Virus record (IMG/VR): IMGVR_UViG_3300006119_000007
Direction: 5' to 3' (one strand)
Length of the DNA: 64,000 nucleotides
DNA from: an uncultured virus (IMG/VR IMGVR_UViG_3300006119_000007)
Taxonomy: Duplodnaviria > Heunggongvirae > Uroviricota > Caudoviricetes
Under the pieces are notes generated by a model. It was not told the origin of the DNA. It saw only the letters and a program-made list of their open reading frames with translations, and ran no database searches. Positions 26,673 through 35,317 of this stretch are shown one piece after another; position 1 is the stretch's first letter, and each line of letters opens with the position of its first letter. The translations under genes were made by a program, and so were the position numbers.

Positions 26673-27006
26673 TTTGAGCTGAACTCAAGATCCTCAAAGC
26701 AGACTTGGCCTTTTCATTACTATAACCATAATATGCTTTAACAATCATGAGAGATTCATGCTCCTGAGGTTTATCCCATTTGCTGAATCTTTTCTTTTTA
26801 CGAATACTATTTATACAGAAATGATATTGGAGTTTATTATCGAGATGATGGTGTATATTCATCTCGTTAGCGAACAAAATTGTATCATGAAAGTATGAAA
26901 GTCCTCGATTTATCAGGTATGGGTTATATGCCTTTTCGGCAATATCGTCCACCATGATATCCTTCTTCGTATCATTAATCGAATTTAGATATTCGAAAGG
27001 ATTCAT
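26611..27006 (-). CDS. 62: Clamp loader small subunit gp62
   Basis: MNPFEYLNSIN, YNPYLINRGLS, ANEMN and YYGYSNEKA; TAATG overlap with gene 44. Confidence 0.93.
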   Translation of the reverse strand: MNPFEYLNSINDTKKDIMVDDIAEKAYNPYLINRGLSYFHDTILFANEMNIHHHLDNKLQYHFCINSIRKKKRFSKWDKPQEHESLMIVKAYYGYSNEKAKSALRILSSAQIEDLKRKLFQGGRNNKQKPK

Positions 27007-27953
27007 TACTTCCACTCCGTTGAAGCCATAAGCTCAGTTAAGCAAGCGACCATATTAATTTCACGATCGGCTACAAAACTATTCTTATATTGATACTCGG
27101 CAAGAACCAATACGATCTGAGGAACACTATCTGGCTTTGCGTATTCGAGCATATTATCATAAATCTTTCGAAATATTGCAGCGGGTTCAAGATCCATGTT
27201 GTTTACTACCCAAGACCTCATCGACTTAAAGTCTTTTTCTTTAAGAGACTTCATAAGTGAACTTATACTTACATCAGAAAGATTCACTAAGATGCCACTA
27301 TCAATCTTACCGGATACACTATATCTCTGGCATTCGCCAATCACTCTACGCCAATCAGGTGCAAACCTGCAGATGAGATCCGCAAGAACTTTTGACTCGT
27401 AACTTACACCTTCATTCTTCAGAATCGTTTCAAGTCTCTTCATGAACTTACTCGCAAGATCTGCAAGTTGTTTCTTAGAGGTATTAAACTCAATCACTGC
27501 ACACCTTGAATGAAGAGGTTCAATGATTCGATTCTTAAAGTTACATGTAAGTATAAACCTGCAATTATTCGAGAATTCTTCTATGAATCCACGAAGAGCA
27601 GGTTGAGTTGATTGAGGATTTAAGTAATCAGCTTCATCAAGAATCACGACCTTAGGGCCACTATTCATTAATGAAATTGAACTCGCAAATTGTTTTATCT
27701 TAGTTCTTAATACATCAATGCCAGATTCTTCAGAACCATTGATAAGAATATAATCTAATTGTAGCGTTTCGCACATAGCTCTTGCCACAGTAGTCTTACC
27801 TAGACCTGCCGTTCCGGATAAGATGAGATTATGCATCTCTCCTGAATCTATGATCTTTTGAAAAGTATCTTTTAGATTATCAGGAAGTATGCAATCGTCT
27901 AAACACGTCGGTCTATATCGTTCCGTCCAGAGGAACTCGTCTTTGTTTATCAT
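27006..27953 (-). CDS. 44: Clamp loader large subunit gp44
   Basis: LWTERYRP, GTAGLGKTT, ILDEADYL and PLHSRC. Confidence 0.97.
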   Translation of the reverse strand: MINKDEFLWTERYRPTCLDDCILPDNLKDTFQKIIDSGEMHNLILSGTAGLGKTTVARAMCETLQLDYILINGSEESGIDVLRTKIKQFASSISLMNSGPKVVILDEADYLNPQSTQPALRGFIEEFSNNCRFILTCNFKNRIIEPLHSRCAVIEFNTSKKQLADLASKFMKRLETILKNEGVSYESKVLADLICRFAPDWRRVIGECQRYSVSGKIDSGILVNLSDVSISSLMKSLKEKDFKSMRSWVVNNMDLEPAAIFRKIYDNMLEYAKPDSVPQIVLVLAEYQYKNSFVADREINMVACLTELMASTEWK

Positions 27954-27965
27954 AGATGTATATTA

Positions 27966-28220
27966 TCAACCTATGATTGTTTTGTACATATCTTTAATCT
28001 CTTCAGCTTCATTCTCAAATTGAGATACGGCTTGACGATGATAGAGATTTGCTACTTTTCTAAATGTTTTAGCAGGAATCTTATACTTGTCCTCGAGTGC
28101 TTTTGCAATCTCGTTGATTTGTATTCTCTGCGTATTAATTTCAGAAAGAGCTTCAGATATTTGATCTAAAGCTATCTTAATTGCTTTAACGTCTTCAGGA
28201 TTATTAGGAATATTGCTCAT
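27966..28220 (-). CDS. dsbA: DsbA-like double-stranded DNA-binding protein
   Basis: K.F.KVANLYH....FE.E.EE...Y pattern of T4 DsbA. Confidence 0.65.
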   Translation of the reverse strand: MSNIPNNPEDVKAIKIALDQISEALSEINTQRIQINEIAKALEDKYKIPAKTFRKVANLYHRQAVSQFENEAEEIKDMYKTIIG

Positions 28221-28243
28221 GATAAAATGTATTTCAAATGATT

Positions 28244-28280
28244 AAAATAAAAAGAGGGTGCTGTTTTAAGACTGCACCCC
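28244..28280 (-). terminator. Intrinsic terminator
   Basis: GGGTGC...GCACCC stem followed by TCTTTTTATTTT. Confidence 0.75.
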
Positions 28281-28302
28281 AAAAGTCCGCTGAACTATCT
28301 TA

Positions 28303-28605
28303 TTAGCTCTGGATGTTTGCTGCTACTGGAGCTGCAGTTACACCTGCTGGAGCTGCGCCTGGATCGCCTGCTGGTTGCTGAGGAGCAGCGGCTTTCAGGA
28401 AGTCAGTGATCCTTTGACGGAGTGCACCGATTGTTGAAAGTTCTGGACCCTCGAATGCTCCACGCTTTGAGCATACGTCAATCAATTGAACCGTTGCAGC
28501 TAAGTCATTAAGACTTAATTGAGGAGGTGTTGTTGGTTGAGTTGCGTCTGCTGGAGCAGCGTCTACTTGTTGTGCTGAGTTGATATCGACTATGTTGTCT
28601 GCCAT
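28303..28605 (-). CDS. Conserved hypothetical protein
   Basis: LSLNDL....IDVCSKRGAF.G.EL..IG.LR motif; has its own late promoter and terminator. Confidence 0.85.
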   Translation of the reverse strand: MADNIVDINSAQQVDAAPADATQPTTPPQLSLNDLAATVQLIDVCSKRGAFEGPELSTIGALRQRITDFLKAAAPQQPAGDPGAAPAGVTAAPVAANIQS

Positions 28606-28694
28606 GTTATGTTTTCCTATAGGTTTGTTCGGCTTCTCAAGAATTTGAACGCCGAGTTATTGTTAACCGGCTTCAGAATGAACACCGGCATGGT

Positions 28695-28702
28695 TATTTA
28701 TA
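28695..28702 (-). promoter_or_regulatory. Late promoter TATAAATA
   Basis: Exact consensus. Confidence 0.75.
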
Positions 28703-28707
28703 TAAGA

Positions 28708-29379
28708 TTAGCTACCGTATGTGCTAGTTTTTTCAAGAGCTATCCAGTATTCAACTGGTATAGTTGTATTCTCGAAGTGAGAGATAAGTTTAGAACTTAT
28801 TGCAACGTTATAATCGCCTGGCATCATCTTTAAGTTACCAATGACCATGATAAAAGAAAAAGTTTCTTTACAAGAATTATCCTCGTCAATTATCATTGAA
28901 TACTTATTCGCTGAAGCATTCTTTACATCACTAACTGATAAAGTAATTTTACCATCTTCACCAGTAATCTGTAGTGTAGCGTGACCTAATACAGATGCAG
29001 CTTTCTTAATCTTATTAATCATTGCCGCAGATAGAGTAAACTTCACTTCAGCCTTTGGCATATTCAATGGCTTTGTAGGTGCAGTTAATAACTCTGGAGC
29101 AGAGTAATAATAACGGATTGAGGTATTACCCTCATTAATCGATATTGAATCATCGGTGAATTCAATATCAGGATTATCTACAAGAGAAAGTGTTGAAAGA
29201 AATTCTGTAAGATCATAGATACCAAACTGTGATGGGATCTCTTCTTCAATCTTTGCATTTGCAAGTATATTCTTAGCTTCTGCAATAGTTGAAATGGTCT
29301 TACCTGGCTTGAAGACCATGTTAGGATTGATGACTGAAAAGTTTTTCAGTACATCTAATGTTGTTTCGGATAGTTTCAT
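28708..29379 (-). CDS. 45: Sliding clamp gp45
   Basis: MKLS..TL.VLKNFS.IN, FGIYDL.EFL and YWIALE. Confidence 0.96.
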   Translation of the reverse strand: MKLSETTLDVLKNFSVINPNMVFKPGKTISTIAEAKNILANAKIEEEIPSQFGIYDLTEFLSTLSLVDNPDIEFTDDSISINEGNTSIRYYYSAPELLTAPTKPLNMPKAEVKFTLSAAMINKIKKAASVLGHATLQITGEDGKITLSVSDVKNASANKYSMIIDEDNSCKETFSFIMVIGNLKMMPGDYNVAISSKLISHFENTTIPVEYWIALEKTSTYGS

Positions 29380-29391
29380 AATAAAGATTGT

Positions 29392-29733
29392 CTATATATC
29401 AGGATTTGCTTTACCAATGTCATGTTCATATAAAAAGAATAAGCAACATGCCGCATGAGCGAGATGGTGACGTCCTGTTTCGGCATCAAATTTTTCGCCT
29501 CTTTTCCAAGCCCATAAGTGTCTTTGTAAAGCATCGTAGTATCTCCTACTTGCTTCTGGAACATACCTCCAATTTTCTCTCTCATACTTTTGAGCTCCAA
29601 TAGTCAACACTACAGCAAGTTCATCGAGAGCATAGGGAGGAATAAGACCGTATTCCGGCTTACCTCCATCAAACTTACGTCCAGCTGTAGCTGGTATAGA
29701 ATTTAATTTAGGAGGTTCTATTGTTTTTGCCAT
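29392..29733 (-). CDS. DUF5664-type dATP/dGTP diphosphohydrolase-like protein
   Basis: GRKFDGGKP.Y.LIP, GAQKY..ENW, AL.RHL.AW..GE..D.E.G..HLAHA. Confidence 0.85.
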   Translation of the reverse strand: MAKTIEPPKLNSIPATAGRKFDGGKPEYGLIPPYALDELAVVLTIGAQKYERENWRYVPEASRRYYDALQRHLWAWKRGEKFDAETGRHHLAHAACCLFFLYEHDIGKANPDI

Positions 29734-29743
29734 AAGATTAATT

Positions 29744-29776
29744 AGAGACTGGAGGATATAGAGTCCTCCAGTCTCT
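29744..29776. terminator. 13-bp hairpin (terminator or processing site)
   Basis: AGAGACTGGAGGA/TCCTCCAGTCTCT; no clear U-tract on the minus strand. Confidence 0.55.
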
Positions 29777-29788
29777 TCTCAGTTTATA

Positions 29789-30007
29789 TTACTTAGTTGA
29801 AGCTAAGCAATATTCAAACACTTTGTTGCCCTGCTTGTTAAAGCGGACGCTTGTGCGAATGCTTACGCCATCATTGCGCATGTGTGCTACCACAGCTGAT
29901 GGATTAGCGATGTTCAAACGAGCTTGTGCTTGAGCGATTGTCACTGTCTTATTCTTAGTAAGATAGTTAAACAAACGAGTTTTCTGATTTGTACGAGCGG
30001 TCTTCAT
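29789..30007 (-). CDS. Small winged-HTH nucleic-acid-binding protein
   Basis: QKTRLFNYL...T...A...L.I.N....VA.MR..G..I; start set at MKTART because the promoter lies at 30083. Confidence 0.8.
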   Translation of the reverse strand: MKTARTNQKTRLFNYLTKNKTVTIAQAQARLNIANPSAVVAHMRNDGVSIRTSVRFNKQGNKVFEYCLASTK

Positions 30008-30030
30008 GTTATAACGTTTATATATGTTGG

Positions 30031-30078
30031 CTCGATCCTTCATTCAAGTTTACAGTAGGGATCGAAGTTTACTGTAAA
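30031..30078 (-). promoter_or_regulatory. Predicted H-type pseudoknot in 5' UTR
   Basis: S1 UUUACAGUA/UACUGUAAA; the loop UUCGAUCC pairs with downstream GGAUCGAG. Confidence 0.6.
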
Positions 30079-30082
30079 TTCT

Positions 30083-30111
30083 AATATACACTAAGTCCTG
30101 CACCTTGTAAA
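30083..30111 (-). promoter_or_regulatory. Early promoter TTTACA-N17-TATATT
   Basis: Consensus match. Confidence 0.75.
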
Positions 30112-30147
30112 TAATCAAATGTGTAGGAGAATACTTTCAGTGTTGAA

Positions 30148-31287
30148 TTAATTTGCTGGAGCAATTGATTCAGGGGATACTATAACTTCTGGCACTTTTG
30201 CTGTTGTGGAAGAAGCATCTATCTTGGTGTATAGATCTAGGAAAGCTACTTTCGTATCTTCATCGAATCGTGATATACAAAGTTGAATAGCTTTCATGCG
30301 ATCGTTAAAGATTGCAAATGTTTGAGCAATATGGCATAATCTACGAGTTGAAATTAATTCATCGACTCCATCAGCTGCATAGGTCTTACGAATAACCTCA
30401 GACCATGTGACAAGCTTTTCGGCAAAATCTGCGTCAATTCGACGATATTTGTCCATATGATTGAGGACGATCTTTTTCTCTACGTTAAGTGTAGGATATG
30501 GTTGCTCGAATGTTGCAACAAATCTCTCAAGGAAAGCTTCATCAATGATACTTGCAGTAACGAATCTTCCATCATCTGAACCTTTACCCTTTGTGTTTGC
30601 AGTAGCTATAATATTGAACCCCAGAGCCGGACGAATGACTTCACCGGTCTTCTTAATCATGATCGGTTTACCTTCCAATACTCCTTGGAGGCACATAATC
30701 TTGCTGGTTGAACGGTCTATCTCATCCACGAGAAGTATGGCTCCGCGCTCCATAGCTTTTACTACGGGGCCTTTCGCGAATACTGTCTCACCATTGAGTA
30801 GACGAAAACCTCCGATGAGATCGTCTTCATCCGTCTCTGGGGAAATTTGAACACGTATGTATTCTCTATCGAGATTTGCACACGCTTGCTCTACCATCAT
30901 AGTCTTACCATTACCTGAAAGACCTGCGATGTAGATTGGATAAAAAGCTTTTGATTTAATGATGTCGGCGATATCTGAATAATCACCCCACTTAATGTAT
31001 GTTGGATCTTTAGCAGGGATATACGTATCTGTATTAAGAACAGAAGTGACAGGCGCCGATAGCTTCATTGCAGCTTCAGCTGGAATAGTGATTTCAGCTT
31101 TAAGTTGTGAAGAGTAGTCGTATAGACCACGATGCACTTTATAAGTATCATTTAAAAGTTCTGAGTATTGCTTAAACTCAAAGCCTAGAGACTTTGCAAC
31201 TGCATCAATATCTTTACGACGGAACTGAGTTTGATCAGGGAAATTGCTCTGGAGTTGAGCAATGATTTGTTTGGAGTATGTATTCAT
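30148..31287 (-). CDS. MoxR/CobS-like AAA+ ATPase
   Basis: GLSGNGKT, ETDEDDLIGG, LLVDEID, TANTKGKG and FLERF. Confidence 0.92.
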   Translation of the reverse strand: MNTYSKQIIAQLQSNFPDQTQFRRKDIDAVAKSLGFEFKQYSELLNDTYKVHRGLYDYSSQLKAEITIPAEAAMKLSAPVTSVLNTDTYIPAKDPTYIKWGDYSDIADIIKSKAFYPIYIAGLSGNGKTMMVEQACANLDREYIRVQISPETDEDDLIGGFRLLNGETVFAKGPVVKAMERGAILLVDEIDRSTSKIMCLQGVLEGKPIMIKKTGEVIRPALGFNIIATANTKGKGSDDGRFVTASIIDEAFLERFVATFEQPYPTLNVEKKIVLNHMDKYRRIDADFAEKLVTWSEVIRKTYAADGVDELISTRRLCHIAQTFAIFNDRMKAIQLCISRFDEDTKVAFLDLYTKIDASSTTAKVPEVIVSPESIAPAN

Positions 31288-31325
31288 GTTATTGATTAAG
31301 AAGAAGAAGATTTACTAACAAGAAG

Positions 31326-31354
31326 ATTCTAACAAATACCGTGGAATTAGTACA
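31326..31354 (-). promoter_or_regulatory. Early promoter TGTACT-N17-TAGAAT
   Basis: Consensus-like; shares flanking sequence with the promoter at 33546. Confidence 0.65.
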
Positions 31355-31369
31355 CAAATATGATAATTT

Positions 31370-31394
31370 TAAGCAATTAATTATCAACAACTTA
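31370..31394. promoter_or_regulatory. 25-bp palindrome, copy 2 (TAAGCAATTAATTATCAACAACTTA)
   Basis: Contains an exact WATCAANNNNTTR. Confidence 0.6.
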
Positions 31395-33539
31395 TGCAAG
31401 TGCCTCAGCGAACTTAGTCACAAACACCCGGTTAACCTTTTTGGCTTTATTAAAGTTAGAGAATGCTTTAGCCATTAGGCCTCGGCTCATGGATTGGTCA
31501 ATGTTTAAGCTCTCATCTGAAGTATCTAATTCATCGCCACTTGCCACGATAAAGTATTCGTTATATCCAAGAGCCTCCTCAAAATGAATGGATTTATCAG
31601 CACGATACTTTGCTTGATAAGTTGAGTTCCACATATTTGTAGCTGATTGCCAGTTGTTACCATTCTTTCCACGAATGATGTCGATAGCAAGTTTCTTAGC
31701 AACACTTTTTTGTTTTGGTATATAAAATCCAATTAGATTGCAGTCAGTCGTTTTTCTTAAATGCTTGAATAATTTCTGAGAGCAATATTCTCCATAAAGT
31801 TCTGATTTGAAGTGCTGACCGTTTAACTTCATTTCGATATAGTTGTAAGAATCATTCCAAGACTTATCGAATTTTACATTTTTATAGTTTGGATCGCTTT
31901 TAATAGAAAGACAATTACCTTCTCCATCTGTAAGGAACATCACATTCATTTTTTGAATATTATGTTTGGCTTTGAATAATGGAACCAGCTTATGGGCAGC
32001 AATGATAGTTTCGTTTAATGGTGTGTCTCCAAGATATTCAACTGCTGCACATGCGCTTTCTGGTCTCTTGCTACGAATATACAAATCACGAATTGCTCTA
32101 TTGAAATCAGCCTTACTCATCTCAGAATTGACTAAATCTAAGAGAATAACTTGTTCTGTAGTGATCTTACCTTCACGTCCTTCACCCCAAGAATGGTATT
32201 TTGAATAGGAATAACGTGGATCCTTTGCTACAAGTGAGGCATAAGTTCCACCAGAGAAACTATAAACTTGAAAAGGAATTCCAGCTGACTTACAGAATAA
32301 GCATAGATTAATAAGGTGTTTTAAAACATATGGGAGAACTTTACCCATTGAACCAGAAAAATCTACAAACATCATCATACCATGATTCTTGGCATTAGCA
32401 AGAGAAGTAACACTTAGAAATATGTCATCACTATAGCTGTATGAATGAATCTTATCTACATTAAGGATTCCGGTCTTTGAGGTTGTAGATCTGCTGTATT
32501 GATAAGCAGCTTTACGTATTTCAAATTCTTTAACTAATACTGCAACAAACTTCTTGGTGTTATTTAAAAATTCTTTATATTCAGCTTTAAATTGCGATGA
32601 ATTAGATAGTTCTTTATAAATCTCACTTTCATCTCTCAGAGAGAACACTTTTTCGTATTTGCATATCATATTATTAATATCTTCCATTGAAGGCTCAATG
32701 GCATAAGCAGTACGATTTGCAATCTTTGGATCCTTTATTAATTCTTTAGCACTATTCTCAAAGTGGCGTGAAGTTTCAGATTCATCTAATTTTTCTGAAG
32801 CGCTAGCTTTATCTAAAGTAGATTTAGATTCTGAGGATTCATCTTGAGAATCACCTGACTCAGACTCTGATGATTCTTGATCAGTTTCGGTTTGTTCAGA
32901 AGAATCCCCATTCTCCATAGATTCTGATGGAGAAGAAGGAGACTGCTCAGAGGATTGAGTATTAGATGGTGAAGGTTTTTCAGGATTCTTTTTCTTCTCC
33001 TCATGGGCGAACTTATGAAGGGCAACTGCAGCTGCCATAACTTCTTCCCAAGTCGATACGTTCATGACTTGATCCACGATAGCTTTTTCTTCAGGTAAAA
33101 ACTTGATATTTAGATAAGCACCTGCTTTTGCATGAAGATTGATACGATCGATAAGACCATAGGTGCTAAGATCGCGATTTCGTGTTCCGAAGAAATTCTG
33201 ATCGACTAAAGTCTTATAACCTCTACGGAAGCATGCAATAAGACCAGGATAAGTCTCTTGAATGCATTTTTCAATACGAACATCCTCCACGATGTTTATG
33301 TAATCTTTAGGACATGGAAGCTCAGCTGGATTAAATACTGGAGTATAAAGAGCATGACCGACCTCATGACCCACTAATAAGTCATAGATATCCTTATCGG
33401 CATCCTTCCAAATTGGAAGACCTAGAACTCTGTTCTGTACATCGAAGAAAGCGGTTTGAAAATTGCCGTGTTGTATAGATATATTCTCTTTGGATAACAA
33501 CTTAGCTAATACCGATTGGCCTTGATGTAATTTGTTCAT
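31392..33539 (-). CDS. CobT-like metallopeptidase-VWA protein (MoxR partner)
   Basis: HEVGH and NIVED.RIE, a Ser/Glu-rich linker, and MIDAS DFSGSM...TPL...TDGE. Confidence 0.9.
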   Translation of the reverse strand: MNKLHQGQSVLAKLLSKENISIQHGNFQTAFFDVQNRVLGLPIWKDADKDIYDLLVGHEVGHALYTPVFNPAELPCPKDYINIVEDVRIEKCIQETYPGLIACFRRGYKTLVDQNFFGTRNRDLSTYGLIDRINLHAKAGAYLNIKFLPEEKAIVDQVMNVSTWEEVMAAAVALHKFAHEEKKKNPEKPSPSNTQSSEQSPSSPSESMENGDSSEQTETDQESSESESGDSQDESSESKSTLDKASASEKLDESETSRHFENSAKELIKDPKIANRTAYAIEPSMEDINNMICKYEKVFSLRDESEIYKELSNSSQFKAEYKEFLNNTKKFVAVLVKEFEIRKAAYQYSRSTTSKTGILNVDKIHSYSYSDDIFLSVTSLANAKNHGMMMFVDFSGSMGKVLPYVLKHLINLCLFCKSAGIPFQVYSFSGGTYASLVAKDPRYSYSKYHSWGEGREGKITTEQVILLDLVNSEMSKADFNRAIRDLYIRSKRPESACAAVEYLGDTPLNETIIAAHKLVPLFKAKHNIQKMNVMFLTDGEGNCLSIKSDPNYKNVKFDKSWNDSYNYIEMKLNGQHFKSELYGEYCSQKLFKHLRKTTDCNLIGFYIPKQKSVAKKLAIDIIRGKNGNNWQSATNMWNSTYQAKYRADKSIHFEEALGYNEYFIVASGDELDTSDESLNIDQSMSRGLMAKAFSNFNKAKKVNRVFVTKFAEALA

Positions 33540-33545
33540 AGAAAT

Positions 33546-33574
33546 ATATTACTTAATTCCACGAAAAAAGTACA
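33546..33574 (-). promoter_or_regulatory. Early promoter TGTACT-N17-TAATAT
   Basis: Consensus-like. Confidence 0.6.
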
Positions 33575-33589
33575 CAAATATGTGTATTA

Positions 33590-33614
33590 TAAGTTGTTGA
33601 TAATCAACTACTTA
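33590..33614. promoter_or_regulatory. 25-bp palindrome, copy 3 (TAAGTTGTTGATAATCAACTACTTA)
   Basis: Two opposed WATCAANNNNTTR matches. Confidence 0.65.
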
Positions 33615-35317
33615 GAAAAGCTGAAGTTTTTCTCTTTATAGAACTCTATCTTATTCTTAAATTTTCCATCTAAAATATCGGTTTTATGTGATATCACAAA
33701 TACCGAGGTGTTTTCATCTAAAGTCTGTAATATTCTCAGAAGATTATCTACTCCATCTGAGTCAAGAGATGAGTCAAATGTTTCATCAAGAATGAGTAGA
33801 TTCGTACTCACAGAATTCTTCATCTTTGCAACCTGTCTCCAAGTAAATAATAATGCAAGGTCGATTCTTTGCTTCTCTCCTTCCGAGAATGAAGAGTATG
33901 AGAAGTCATCGCGATGCCTGGACTTAATGGTCTCCTCAAAGCTTTCATTTAAATGAAATGACACGAAGAAATCTAAAGTTTGAAGATATTGATTAATCAG
34001 CTTATTCATCACCGGAAGATACTGCTTAATAACCTTCGTCTTAATGCCAGTATCTTTTAACATCTCTGCGATTGCTTGATTATACGTACTCTCCTCGTAT
34101 AATGAATTCTTCTGAGTTCCTATCTCAGTCTGTTTGAGTGTAAGAGTCTGGAGTTCTTTCTCTGAAGCTTCGAGATCGATATTCTTTTTTGTCGATGCTT
34201 CTTTTTCTAATTCTTTGATTTGCTTCTGGAGGTTGCGTATCGTGACGTTATTTGTAAGAATCTCAGTGTTAAACGTCTTACCGTCGTTGATACTTTCAGT
34301 GACACCTGCAATAGACTTATTCACTTCTTCAAGAGTCTTTTCAAGAGTAGCTTGATCCTTTGCAAGTTGAGAAGCTTTACTCTTGCATTTATGAATCTTA
34401 TCTTTCTTAAAGTTTAAATCAATTGGTTGTGCACAAGTAGGGCATTCATCATTACTATCATAGAACTTTGCTTCTTTTACAATAGCTGCAATATCAGTAT
34501 TAATCGAGGATTTATTTGAGAGTAGCTTTTGTTTGAGAGACGTAGATTCATCTAATTGTTTCTGGAGATGTGAATAGTTCTCTTCAACAAGAACCGTAAG
34601 CTCTTGGTTCTTCTTTAAAAGTGTATCTACTTGTTCTTCAAGTATAGTGATCTTTTCTTGTCTCTTCTCGTCTTGCTCTTTATCGAGATTCTTGAGATCA
34701 GCAATATACTTGTATTGCATTCTTACCTTTTCAGCAATCACATCAGCTTCGTATCCAAGCTCAGAGATTTGATCCTTAAGAGTCGAGGACTTCTCTTTCA
34801 GGAGCTGATTCATCTTTGTAAAGATATTGATGTCTAAGAGATCTTCAATGACTTCCCTTCGATGCTGTGCAGGAAGCTGCATGAAAGGAATGAACGAGCT
34901 TGATCCAAGCATCACGATCTGATGAAAAGACTTATGGTTCAGCTTTAAGATATTTTGTTCAAGTATCTTCTGATAATCTCGAGTATGAGACTCTTGATTA
35001 AGTAATTGATCGTTCTGCCAGATCTCAAATACATTTGGCTTGATTCCACGAATGACTCGAAAGTGATTATTACCTAATGAGAACTCGACCTCAACTACAC
35101 AATCTTTATTGTTGATTGAGTTTACGATCTGGTTCTTCTTGATGTCACGGTGAGGTTTACCAAATAAAGCAAATGCAATTGCATCAAGAAGGGTGGATTT
35201 ACCTGAACCATTTGCACCTACAATTAATGTAGATTCTCCATTGTTCAGATCAATCTCAGTGAACTTATCTCCTGTTGAGAGGAAGTTCTTCCATTTCACT
35301 TTTTCAAATAATATCAT
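33608..35317 (-). CDS. 46: Recombination exonuclease ATPase subunit gp46 (Rad50/SbcC-like)
   Basis: GANGSGKS, CPTC zinc hook, FSEGEKQRIDLA and LILDETFD. Confidence 0.97.
   Translation of the reverse strand: MILFEKVKWKNFLSTGDKFTEIDLNNGESTLIVGANGSGKSTLLDAIAFALFGKPHRDIKKNQIVNSINNKDCVVEVEFSLGNNHFRVIRGIKPNVFEIWQNDQLLNQESHTRDYQKILEQNILKLNHKSFHQIVMLGSSSFIPFMQLPAQHRREVIEDLLDINIFTKMNQLLKEKSSTLKDQISELGYEADVIAEKVRMQYKYIADLKNLDKEQDEKRQEKITILEEQVDTLLKKNQELTVLVEENYSHLQKQLDESTSLKQKLLSNKSSINTDIAAIVKEAKFYDSNDECPTCAQPIDLNFKKDKIHKCKSKASQLAKDQATLEKTLEEVNKSIAGVTESINDGKTFNTEILTNNVTIRNLQKQIKELEKEASTKKNIDLEASEKELQTLTLKQTEIGTQKNSLYEESTYNQAIAEMLKDTGIKTKVIKQYLPVMNKLINQYLQTLDFFVSFHLNESFEETIKSRHRDDFSYSSFSEGEKQRIDLALLFTWRQVAKMKNSVSTNLLILDETFDSSLDSDGVDNLLRILQTLDENTSVFVISHKTDILDGKFKNKIEFYKEKNFSFSK

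Noticed and set aside
30148..33539. Cobalamin biosynthesis (cobS/cobT) auxiliary metabolism
   Set aside because: These are generic MoxR/VWA proteins common in T4-like phages, and no other cob genes are present.
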